Shown here in pieces: positions 1 through 8,374 of a stretch of DNA of 64,000 nt. Under the pieces are notes generated by a model. It was not told the origin of the DNA and did not search any database. It saw nothing but the letters and a program-made list of their open reading frames with translations. This stretch comes from Gammaproteobacteria bacterium (lineage in GTDB: Bacteria; Pseudomonadota; Gammaproteobacteria; CAJXQU01): NCBI GenBank assembly GCA_965238175.1, contig CBDEGZ010000003.1, positions 3,040,001 through 3,104,000 of the forward strand. Reading direction: 5' to 3'. The position numbers and the translations under genes were made by a program. How positions within the stretch are numbered: the first letter of the stretch is position 1; every line of letters starts with the position of its first letter.

Positions 1-377
1 GAGCTAAAACCCCACAACACATCTTCAGGAACACTAATGACTAAAACGTTCTCGGCCATATCAAATATCAAGCTCATTGAGGTTTTAGTATCCGACAAAA
101 CCCCATCAAGGTTAACAATGCATCTAAGAATACTCAGTTCTTTTATGGACTGAATAAAAGAATCTGCCTCGTTTGCATCTGCAACTATAGTTGGCTCGAT
201 TGGGTCGCTTCCATAGGCAAGGAGAGACATTTTGCCTATAGGATTAAATCCATGATCGTTACAAATATTGAGAATACATGGAATCTTTTCTATTAACGAC
301 TTTTTACACTTAAGTACGCACTCTAAGTCCGCACTACCTATGAAAGGCTCAAAGGTGTCTCGCTTATGATCGTTCAT
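1..377 (-). CDS. Hypothetical protein, probable immunity protein (runs off left edge)
   Basis: Manual translation from ATG at 377: MNDHKRDTFEPFIGSADLECVLKCKKSLIEKIPCILNICNDHGFNPIGKMSLLAYG... open to base 1. Start overlaps (ATGA) the stop of an upstream toxin-tip-like fragment. Not in the ORF track because it is truncated. Confidence 0.6.
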   Translation of the reverse strand, partial: MNDHKRDTFEPFIGSADLECVLKCKKSLIEKIPCILNICNDHGFNPIGKMSLLAYGSDPIEPTIVADANEADSFIQSIKELSILRCIVNLDGVLSDTKTSMSLIFDMAENVLVISVPEDVLWGFS

Positions 378-590
378 GGACAAACTCGCGGCGCAGCGCC
401 TTCAATAAGAATATCAAAAGAATCATCAGCTCTCAGACGAACTGTAAACCCAGTCTTACTGCTGAAAATATCAACAACGGTATTTTACCCTCTTGCTCCA
501 GTGAAAGGTCCAACAACATCAGTCGCATTTTTCACGGTGTTTTCAACCGTATCTAATGCTTGATTAAACCTTCCCGACCCGGTGTAAATG
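374..590 (-). pseudogene. Remnant of a polymorphic-toxin C-terminal tip
   Basis: Reads GSGRFNQALDTVENTVKNATDVVGPFTGARG*NTVVDIFSSKTGFTVRLRADDSFDILIEGAAPRVCP*, with one in-frame TAA at 485-487 and no start. Stop is coupled to the downstream small ORF. Confidence 0.4.
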
Positions 591-629
591 GAAGTCTTCC
601 TTGACCAGTTTTTGTGTAGAAAATGTCAA

Positions 630-714
630 TTGTAAGGCCTGACCCTGATGAATCCTCTGATGAATCCTTTGACCCTGATGAATCCTATTGTAAGGCCTGA
701 CCCTGATGAATCCT
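630..714. repeat. Tandem imperfect repeats of (TTGTAAGGCC)TGACCCTGATGAATCCT
   Basis: Two full copies of ttgtaaggcctgaccctgatgaatcct plus partial copies (tgatgaatcct, tgaccctgatgaatcct) in 85 bp. Confidence 0.85.
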
Positions 715-933
715 CAATTGTTCTTTTCGGTACTAACTGACCCAGCGTTGAATAGTTGATAAACCAACATTCATCGTTGCGGCGACTTCTTTTTGCTTAT
801 GTCTATGAACAATCACTAGCTCAACACATTTACGTTTATATTCTGTTGATAGGTTTTTCTTTGGCATCTTGACCTCGTTATTTGTAGTAATAATACCCTC
901 TAACAAAGTCTCTAACTAAATTGTACCGTTACA
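715..933 (-). mobile_element. IS3-family remnant (left end plus broken orfA)
   Basis: Minus strand begins TGTAACGGTACAATTTAGTTAGAGAC, then MPKKNLSTEYKRKCVELVIVHRHKQKEVAATMNVGLSTIQRWVS*YRKEQ, an HTH typical of IS3 OrfA with an internal stop. Confidence 0.7.
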
Positions 934-939
934 AATCCT

Positions 940-1280
940 TATCGCGGTGTAAAAGATATTTTGGTTGCATGCGTTGACGGACTAAAAGGCTTTCCCGATG
1001 CTATCAATACCGCCTTTCCTGACACACAAATACAGCTGTGCATTGTCACATGGTTCGCAACTCGATGAAATATGTGCCGTGGACCTAAAACGTATTTATC
1101 ACTCGATGACCGAAGACGAAGCGCTACTCGCACTAGAACAATTTGCCGAACGCTGGGACGAGAAATATCCGCAGATAAGTAAGTCATGGCGCAGTCACTG
1201 GAATAACCCCAATACACGCTTTAATTACCCTGAGGATATTCGCAAAGCCATTTACACAGCCAATACCATCAAGTCATTAA
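940..1280 (+). pseudogene. IS256-family transposase fragment
   Basis: RGVKDILVACVDGLKGFPDAINTAFPDTQIQLCIV / MVRNSMKYVPW / LKRIYHSMTEDEALLALEQFAERWDEKYPQISKSW...YPEDIRKAIYT: IS256 motifs split by frameshifts/deletion. Confidence 0.9.
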
Positions 1281-2143
1281 AGTTTTGCGATAACTTCAGA
1301 TGTTTCATGATCAGATAACATCGCAAATACACAATTGATTGGTTTGAAATAACCTTTCGAATCATCATCTTTGTCAATACTACCCTGAATAACACCGATA
1401 ATTTTACCTGATTCTGCATCCATAATCGGTGATCCGGAGCTGCCGGCAATAAACGGTTGATCGACGAGTACAACCGACTTATCGTCGCAAGATAATTCTG
1501 CCGGTGTAGTAATACTACTGAAGGTAACACTACCAAGAATATTAGCCTCTTTGAGAATAAAATCATCCTCAAATTTCCTCAGCCAATAAACTTTCCTTTC
1601 ACGACTAAAATCTGGAATAAATTCAACCTCTGTATTATTACAATATTTGATACAAAGCCTGTCGGGCAGATCAAAAACCGCCACATCCTGCTCTTCATTA
1701 GAAAAGATTGGGTTTGATACCGACATACCATCAATAAAACTGGTGCTTTTTACCCGCAAAGAAGGAAATGCAGTCGTTAAATTATGATTTACCGTAAAAA
1801 AGCGATTGCCTACAACAAAACCACTACCTCGATTCCGTTCTTGTTGCCCTCCGACAAATTCTGTCACCGTAGTTATTGGCTGGACAATCTTATCTAAAGC
1901 AACTGCCCTATGATCAATTGGATCAGTTTCTATGGTAACAGGCTCAGGAGGAGTTTCTTTTGTCTTAGTGACAATTTGTCCAGATCCAGTTTCTTCTATG
2001 ACGTTAGTTTCAGGTAGTGCTTTGACTAAAAGTGTCTCTTCGGAAATTACAGAGTAGGAGACAGAACGATGAAATACGATCAAAAACGCACTTGTCAGAA
2101 TGAGCACTTTCCGTCGTTTGTTTCTGATGATCGGCATAAACAT
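1277..2143 (-). CDS. Trypsin-like serine protease (S1 family), secreted or membrane-anchored
   Basis: GSGFVV, TVNH, DVAV and GSSGSP catalytic motifs; N-terminal hydrophobic segment; RBS aggag before ATG 2143. Confidence 0.85.
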   Translation of the reverse strand: MFMPIIRNKRRKVLILTSAFLIVFHRSVSYSVISEETLLVKALPETNVIEETGSGQIVTKTKETPPEPVTIETDPIDHRAVALDKIVQPITTVTEFVGGQQERNRGSGFVVGNRFFTVNHNLTTAFPSLRVKSTSFIDGMSVSNPIFSNEEQDVAVFDLPDRLCIKYCNNTEVEFIPDFSRERKVYWLRKFEDDFILKEANILGSVTFSSITTPAELSCDDKSVVLVDQPFIAGSSGSPIMDAESGKIIGVIQGSIDKDDDSKGYFKPINCVFAMLSDHETSEVIAKL

Positions 2144-2209
2144 ATCGCATCTCCTGATCGCATGATCAAGAATAAGCAATATCAATGCCGAAATTACAAC
2201 TTAAAACGC

Positions 2210-2374
2210 TAAGGAACTTCTGATATGTCTGGGCGAGGCAAAGATGAGAACCACAATAGTCAAGATCAAGGCACGAAATGCAAGTGAGTAGTTCTAGTAC
2301 TCAGTTTCGTATAGCGCTGAGGTTGAATATTTTAGACTCAAATCGACCATTCATAACACACCAGAGGTTACTTA
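2210..2374. repeat. MITE-like palindromic element
   Basis: Imperfect terminal inverted repeats taaggaacttctga / ccagaggttactta with a central hairpin (tgagta...tactca); no ORF. Confidence 0.55.
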
Positions 2375-2376
2375 CA

Positions 2377-3840
2377 TTAACGCCCTTTAAAAATTGATCC
2401 TAAAATTCCTCTGACTATCTGTCGGCCAAGTTTGGTTCCTAATGTTCGTGCCACACTTTTTGCCATCGTTTCAAGTATGCCTTGTCGTTGTCGACCTCGA
2501 CGCCGAGGCTTTTCAGCTTCCATCCGACGAGTTTTTGACACTTCTATCTCCGCCGCTTTCTCAGCACGTTTTTTTAACATTTCAGATGCGGAAATTCGAT
2601 CAACAATGTCCTCATAAACACCCGACAAATGACTATTTTTAATAATTTGCTTACGCTCTGTTTTAGTCGCCGGGCCTAACCGTGAAGAAGGCGGTCGAAT
2701 TAAAGTTCTGTCAACAATACTCGGTACGCCTTTTTTCTGTAAAGTTGAGATCAGTGCTTCACCAACACCAAGCTCAGTAATTGCCTTAGCTGCATCAAAA
2801 TTTGGATTTGCACGAAAAGTCTCCGCTGCGACACGCACTGCTTTTTGTTCACGAGGAGTATAAGCTCTGAGAGCATGTTGAATGCGATTACCAAGCTGGC
2901 TAAGTACCGACTCTGGAATATCCATAGGATTTTGAGTCACAAAATAAATGCCGACGCCTTTTGATCTAATTAACCTTACTACTTGCTCTACTTTCTCGAT
3001 CAAAACTCTTGGTGCTCTATTGAAAAGCAAATGAGCCTCGTCAAAAAAGAAAACCAGTTTTGGTTTGTCTGGATCGCCCACTTCAGGTAATTCCTCAAAC
3101 AATTCAGAAAGTAACCACAGCAAAAAAGTCGCATACATGCGTGGGTGCTGCATTAATTTATCTGCTGCTAAGACATTAATATAACCAAAGCCTTCATCAT
3201 TGGTCTGCATAAAATGATCAAGTTCCAATGCTGGTTCTCCAAAAAAATGTTCTCCTCCTTGTTGCTCCAAAACCAATAAACGCCTCTGGATCGCTCCCAC
3301 AGAAGCCTTGCTGACATTGCCATATTCTGTGGTTAACTGTGCCGCATTTTCACCGACAAAGTTCAGCATGGCACGAAAATCTTTCATATCCAACAGTAAC
3401 ATTCCTTCATCGTCAGCCAGTTTGAAAACGATGTTTACAACACCTTCTTGCGTGTCATTCAATTCCAATAATCTGGACAATAACAATGGCCCCATTTCAG
3501 AAATAGTTGTACGAATGGGATGCCCTTGCTCACCAAAAAGATCCCAAAAAACTGTTGGAAATTCGCGGTAGTTATAATCTTCTAAGCCTATCGTTTCGGC
3601 TCTTTCTTCCAACTTTTTGTGTGTCTTGCCTGACTGAGAAATACCCGACAAGTCACCTTTCACATCCGCCATAAAGACAGGCACACCTTGACGAGAAAAC
3701 CCTTCGGCTAGTATCTGTAATGACACCGTTTTACCCGTACCTGTGGCACCTGCAATCAAACCATGTCGGTTCGCTAATTTAAGATCGAGGTATTGTTGTT
3801 CCTCACCTTTACCAATATAAATTGAGACAGGATCAGACAT
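2377..3840 (-). CDS. HerA-like P-loop ATPase (DUF853/YjgR family)
   Basis: ANRHGLIAGATGTGKT Walker A, DVKGDLSG, FFDEAH Walker B, RLIRSKGVG, QHALRA. Confidence 0.92.
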   Translation of the reverse strand: MSDPVSIYIGKGEEQQYLDLKLANRHGLIAGATGTGKTVSLQILAEGFSRQGVPVFMADVKGDLSGISQSGKTHKKLEERAETIGLEDYNYREFPTVFWDLFGEQGHPIRTTISEMGPLLLSRLLELNDTQEGVVNIVFKLADDEGMLLLDMKDFRAMLNFVGENAAQLTTEYGNVSKASVGAIQRRLLVLEQQGGEHFFGEPALELDHFMQTNDEGFGYINVLAADKLMQHPRMYATFLLWLLSELFEELPEVGDPDKPKLVFFFDEAHLLFNRAPRVLIEKVEQVVRLIRSKGVGIYFVTQNPMDIPESVLSQLGNRIQHALRAYTPREQKAVRVAAETFRANPNFDAAKAITELGVGEALISTLQKKGVPSIVDRTLIRPPSSRLGPATKTERKQIIKNSHLSGVYEDIVDRISASEMLKKRAEKAAEIEVSKTRRMEAEKPRRRGRQRQGILETMAKSVARTLGTKLGRQIVRGILGSIFKGR

Positions 3841-4249
3841 CAGGATTGTTTCCTCCAAAACCAAAGTCACGCCGTGCGGAGATAATCGTTACGGTAAACC
3901 CTGCTACTACATCGACTAACGCCATCAGTGTCAACGCTGCAAATACCGAATTACCTGTTGTTTCACCAAGGATAAATTGAAGAAGCATTCCCACAAAAAC
4001 GACCATCGACAAGGTATGGTCAAGAATTGATCCTGATGTAGTACGTGTTGCCTTAAAAATCTCGATATAAAGGAAAATAATTCCAGTAAAAATAAAAAGA
4101 TCCCCATTTGTAATGCCCCAATCAACACCCGATGGCAATTTTGTATTAATAAACGTAGATTCTACAATAGCAACACCGTTAACCATGGTGAGTATGTAAT
4201 AAGCAGCCCATAAAAAGGCAAAAAGCGGAATGGATCTGAAGATGAACAT
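3833..4249 (-). CDS. Small integral membrane protein, coupled to the DUF853 ATPase
   Basis: Four hydrophobic segments, ending ARRDFGFG; overlaps the start of the downstream ATPase. Confidence 0.8.
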   Translation of the reverse strand: MFIFRSIPLFAFLWAAYYILTMVNGVAIVESTFINTKLPSGVDWGITNGDLFIFTGIIFLYIEIFKATRTTSGSILDHTLSMVVFVGMLLQFILGETTGNSVFAALTLMALVDVVAGFTVTIISARRDFGFGGNNPDV

Positions 4250-4399
4250 TTTTATTTTCCTTTTTCAAGATGAGGTTCGAGATGGTATATTAAGACTACT
4301 TTGTCAGGTTTGAAAGGTACCATATTCCATAATGTCAAAGGCTACCTATAGACGTTGCTTTAAAATTAGAAGTTAAACAAAAAGAATTAAGAGGGTTAT

Positions 4400-5218
4400 A
4401 TGGGGCGAATAGCTGTCTGGATAGTAGGTTTAGTGCTGTTATCAATTGTCTATGTGACTGCTATCCACTTTCAAGTTGATAAGATAGAGTCCGATCTAAA
4501 AGATCGATCAACACTTGCCTTACAGAATATTTCTTGGGCAAAAGTCATCATTGATGGTCGTGATGTCCTGATCGAAGGTATATCACCTAATACTGAGTCA
4601 ATTGCGATAGCAAAAAAAGCTATTAGCTCCGTTTGGGGCGTTAGAAAAATTGAATGTCAGTGCACAATTAATCCCTCTGCTCATGAATCTAAAAGACCTT
4701 CGATAGAAACTCCTAAACTTCCAGATACAAATAAAAATTCTGAAGTAATAAAATATTCTGAAGTAGTAAATGACGAACAGCCGACTATAATAACTTCAAA
4801 TCCAGATCTTACTCCCGCTACACCAGTCATAGACACAGCAAAAACTTCTGAACAAGAATGTCAAAATAATATTGGAAAATTTCTAAAAGAAAATTCCGTA
4901 GAATTTCCTACTGGAAGTAGTCGCATTTCACCAGAAAGTTTCACACTACTAAATGAATTAATTAGTATTACTCTTGATTGTCCTGAAACGCGTATAAAAA
5001 TTGCTGGCCATACTGACAATATTGGCGAATCTGAAAAAAATTCTGCATTGAGCCTTGATCGAGCGGAAGCCGTGAAATTATTTTTCCAAAAAGCGGGCGT
5101 ACCACATCATCGAATCAGAGCCGTAGGATATGGTGACTCTTCACCCATTGATAACAATAATACTAAGAAAGGACGTCGGCGAAATCGACGTATCGAAATC
5201 CACCTAACTACTCCATGA
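4400..5218 (+). CDS. BON + OmpA-like peptidoglycan-binding protein
   Basis: N-terminal TM; BON-like DGRDVLIEG..VWGVRKI; OmpA-C motifs F.TGS, IAGHTDNIG, NSALSLDRA, RNRRIEI. Confidence 0.88.
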   Translation: MGRIAVWIVGLVLLSIVYVTAIHFQVDKIESDLKDRSTLALQNISWAKVIIDGRDVLIEGISPNTESIAIAKKAISSVWGVRKIECQCTINPSAHESKRPSIETPKLPDTNKNSEVIKYSEVVNDEQPTIITSNPDLTPATPVIDTAKTSEQECQNNIGKFLKENSVEFPTGSSRISPESFTLLNELISITLDCPETRIKIAGHTDNIGESEKNSALSLDRAEAVKLFFQKAGVPHHRIRAVGYGDSSPIDNNNTKKGRRRNRRIEIHLTTP

Positions 5219-5231
5219 GGAGAACTAAACT

Positions 5232-5909
5232 ATGGACTATCTGCTTGCACAAATCCTGTTATACCTGATCCTTGCAGCACTGATTGGATTCTTTATTGGC
5301 TGGATAATTAGAAGTTCAGGCTTTGAGTCACGAATGCTCGCTTCAGAAAATCAATGGCGTTCACGGCACCATATCCTTCAAAGTGAAAACAATCGCCTTC
5401 AAACTGAACTCGACGAGTTAAAACAAGCAGGAATGACTATACAGGAAATCAAGCCTCAAATAGAAGCCAGCAGTTCAAGTTCACTACCTTTCAGATCACG
5501 TCAAGGTTCCCGACAACCGTCAAATGTAGATATTGGAACAAATAAAAATCATCCATTACAAAACTTAAGAGACGAACTCAGCCAAATTGAAAAATCACAA
5601 TCTCCAGATCAAGAACACCAGATAGTTGAAACAATCTCCGACACAGTCAAAACTCAGCCCTTAGATTCCAGACCAGAGATTACCGAAGGCTCCGATGACG
5701 ATTCCGATGATCTAAAACTCATTAAAGGTATAGGCCCTAAAATTGAGTCTACTCTCAACGAACTTGGGATATATCAATTTCGACAAATTGCAAATTTCAC
5801 CGAAGATAATGTTAATTGGGTCAGTCAGCATTTGCGTTTTAAGGGTAGAATTGAACGCGAGAATTGGATAGTACAAGCAAAAGAGCTGATCAGTAATACA
5901 AAATCCTAA
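5232..5909 (+). CDS. Membrane-anchored protein with coiled coil and C-terminal helix-hairpin-helix domain
   Basis: N-terminal TM (LILAALIGFFIGW); C-terminal DDLKLIKGIGPKIE..LNELGIYQFRQIA..GRIERENWI.QAKEL. Confidence 0.8.
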   Translation: MDYLLAQILLYLILAALIGFFIGWIIRSSGFESRMLASENQWRSRHHILQSENNRLQTELDELKQAGMTIQEIKPQIEASSSSSLPFRSRQGSRQPSNVDIGTNKNHPLQNLRDELSQIEKSQSPDQEHQIVETISDTVKTQPLDSRPEITEGSDDDSDDLKLIKGIGPKIESTLNELGIYQFRQIANFTEDNVNWVSQHLRFKGRIERENWIVQAKELISNTKS

Positions 5910-5913
5910 GATC

Positions 5914-5946
5914 AAAAAAAAACCGATCACTTGGATCGGTTTTTTA
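5914..5946. terminator. Bidirectional intrinsic terminator
   Basis: A9-ccgatc-acttg-gatcgg-T7 between convergent genes. Confidence 0.85.
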
Positions 5947-5962
5947 TAACAAATACTTAAAA

Positions 5963-6382
5963 TTATTTTTTCAACAGATCACGGATCTCAGTCAACAAAA
6001 CTTCTTCTGAGGACGGCTCGGCCGGTGCTTCTTCCACCTCTTCTTCTACTTTTTTCGCATTGTTCATCATTTTAATCATCATGAAGATTGCAAAAGCAAT
6101 AATCAAGAAATCTATTGCTGTCTGTATAAAACTGCCATAATTTAAGGTCGCTGCTCCGGCCTCTTTTGCAGCTTCCAAAGTCACAAAAGTTCCCTCACCC
6201 AAATTTATAAACAAACCACTAAAATCAACACCCCCCATAAGTTTCCCAATGACTGGCATCACGATATCGCTGACTAATGAAGAGATAATCTTTCCAAATG
6301 CACCACCAATGATAATACCCACTGCCATGTCCATAACGTTGCCTTTCATGGCAAATTCTTTAAATTCTGAAACCATACCCAT
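5963..6382 (-). CDS. mscL: Large-conductance mechanosensitive channel
   Basis: [28 protein letters not shown]...[10 protein letters not shown]. Confidence 0.97.
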   Translation of the reverse strand: MGMVSEFKEFAMKGNVMDMAVGIIIGGAFGKIISSLVSDIVMPVIGKLMGGVDFSGLFINLGEGTFVTLEAAKEAGAATLNYGSFIQTAIDFLIIAFAIFMMIKMMNNAKKVEEEVEEAPAEPSSEEVLLTEIRDLLKK

Positions 6383-6453
6383 AGTCCTTCCCCCTTGAAT
6401 TATTATTTATTTAGAATATTTGTAACTAACTTGGAACAAACCAACCTACCATC

Positions 6454-7224
6454 TTACTTACCAAAAACTTTTTTCAATAAATCCGTTGTATGCTTTGTAG
6501 GATTCTCTCTTATAGCGGCTTCTTCTATCGCCAAATAATGGAAAATGCCATCCATTGCTTGTTCCACCACATATTCCGTCATATTCGCCTTAGCATCGGG
6601 TACAAATGGTAGCGACGCATATTCCTCCATTGTGGCATCATATGATTTAATCGCACCAACCTCAGACAAACTCTCCTGAACAATGGGACTCATTTCTTTA
6701 GCTAAAGGAATAGACATTTTAGATTGAAAATAACGTGTGGCAGAATCATTAGGTCCATTAAAGATCTTTTTGACATCATCTAACGTCATTGCTTTGATAG
6801 CATCGGTAAATAAACGTTTAGCCTTTGGTGTTGCCGCTTCAGCCGCCATGTTTATTTTGGTTTCAAGATCTTCAAGCATACTGCCCATGCCAACCTTATC
6901 TAAAACAGATTTAACTTTATCAAGACTACCAGGCAACGGAATATGCACGGCAGGATCCTTGTTAAAACCACCTGACTTTCCTAATTGATCTACAACTGAT
7001 CCAGATCCTACTATCAACGCCTCTTTTAAACCTGCCGCCATATCGATGGTACTAAGCGCACTTCCTCCGCTGTTTGAAGATGTTGCATCTTCCAACCACT
7101 CTTTACCAACATCCAACCAACCTGATCTAGCTATATGGCTAAAAAATAACGTTGAAATGATCAAAACAACAACACCAAGCTTGATATTGTTGTTTTTGGA
7201 CAACATATGATTAAACATTCTCAT
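6454..7224 (-). CDS. DUF4197 family exported protein
   Basis: GLKEAL..G....V..LG..GGF, MAAEAA, ATRYF, DGIF..LA.EE..IRENP...LLKKVFG; RBS ggaggg. Confidence 0.88.
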   Translation of the reverse strand: MRMFNHMLSKNNNIKLGVVVLIISTLFFSHIARSGWLDVGKEWLEDATSSNSGGSALSTIDMAAGLKEALIVGSGSVVDQLGKSGGFNKDPAVHIPLPGSLDKVKSVLDKVGMGSMLEDLETKINMAAEAATPKAKRLFTDAIKAMTLDDVKKIFNGPNDSATRYFQSKMSIPLAKEMSPIVQESLSEVGAIKSYDATMEEYASLPFVPDAKANMTEYVVEQAMDGIFHYLAIEEAAIRENPTKHTTDLLKKVFGK

Positions 7225-7472
7225 CAAAATTACCCTCCTAATTTGATGGACACACTATTGTCGGTATTACTTATTAATAAGCAACCTTCTAATATCAACT
7301 TATTGTACAGTAATGTTGCTTGAAACAGACAATCTAAGTTAGAATCAACTTTAAGGGGGGGGCTAGTTAGCATTTAACTATCCTAGAGAACCCGGGAAAA
7401 GAGTATCAACTACATGTAGTTCGCTCTTTAATGACTTTTTGTTAATCTTTAAAAACATCGGGAAGGATTGTT

Positions 7473-8258
7473 ATGAAAAAAATGAATTCAATAATACTTC
7501 TGCTTATCGCAGGACTTATGCTTGGAGGTTGTGCCAATACAGGCTCGCAGATACACCCAGCTCTCTGTACATTGCTAGGTGCCGCAGCGGGGGGAGGTAT
7601 TGGTGTAATTGCTGATGATGATGATAATGGGCAAATAATAGCAGGTGGCGCCGCTGTTGGTGCCGCTGTAGGTTATATCCTATGCCGTGGACCATCAGAT
7701 TCAGATGGTGATGGCGTAATTGATGATCGTGATCAATGCCCAGGAACTCCTGCAGGTACAGAAGTTGACTCAACTGGTTGTCCTCCAGCAGTAGAAATGG
7801 AAGAAATGATTGTAATTCTTGATAGTGATAACGATGGTGTACCTGATGCAGATGATCTATGCCCAGGCACTCCACGGGGTGTTGAAGTTGAAGCAAATGG
7901 TTGCCCTAAAGTTGGGCAAATTCTGATGACATTGGAAGGTGTGAACTTTGCTTCCGATAGTGATGAACTTACTTACGAATCAGAAGCAATACTAGACCAT
8001 GCAGCATCTACTTTGAACTCTAATTCACTAGTGAATATTGAAGTTGTCGGTCACACTGATAGCGTCGGTTCAGAAAGCTACAATCAAAGCCTTTCAGAAC
8101 GTCGTGCTGCTGCAGTTGTTGAGTATTTAACAAACAATGGTGTAAGTGGTTCACGACTTATTTCAACTGGCATGGGTGAATCTAACCCTGTTGCTGATAA
8201 CTCTACAAGTGATGGTCGATACAGAAACCGTCGAGTTGAGTTAGTTGTTATAGAATAA
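7473..8258 (+). CDS. OmpA-family lipoprotein with glycine zipper and thrombospondin type-3-like Ca-binding repeats
   Basis: Lipobox LGGC; two DSDxDGVxDxxDxCPGTPxGxEVxxxGCP repeats; OmpA-C domain (GHTDSVG, LSERRA, NRRVEL). Confidence 0.92.
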   Translation: MKKMNSIILLLIAGLMLGGCANTGSQIHPALCTLLGAAAGGGIGVIADDDDNGQIIAGGAAVGAAVGYILCRGPSDSDGDGVIDDRDQCPGTPAGTEVDSTGCPPAVEMEEMIVILDSDNDGVPDADDLCPGTPRGVEVEANGCPKVGQILMTLEGVNFASDSDELTYESEAILDHAASTLNSNSLVNIEVVGHTDSVGSESYNQSLSERRAAAVVEYLTNNGVSGSRLISTGMGESNPVADNSTSDGRYRNRRVELVVIE

Positions 8259-8315
8259 GAATACCCTTACTTGCACTCACCTTAAAACAGGTGAGTGCAA
8301 AGTCTGGATTCTGTA

Positions 8316-8347
8316 AGGGCTCTGTAGAACTACAGGGCCTTTTTTTT
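8316..8347 (+). terminator. Intrinsic terminator after the ompA-like gene
   Basis: ggctctgtag-aa-ctacagggcc followed by a T run; preceded by a second hairpin acttgcactcac...gtgagtgcaagt (8268-8303). Confidence 0.7.
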
Positions 8348-8374
8348 GCAATAATTTTTATACATTTAGAATCT

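Noticed and set aside
366-563. 65-aa plus-strand ORF
   Set aside because: Antisense shadow of the toxin-tip fragment.
630-714. Possible mini-CRISPR
   Set aside because: Repeats are adjacent or nested with no unique 25-45 bp spacers, and there are no cas genes.
2377-3840. HerA-based anti-phage system
   Set aside because: It is the widespread DUF853 type, with no adjacent SIR2, nuclease or NurA partner.
8291-8374. N-terminal extension of the squalene synthase ORF
   Set aside because: Overlaps the upstream terminator hairpins; ATG 8375 is the more plausible start.
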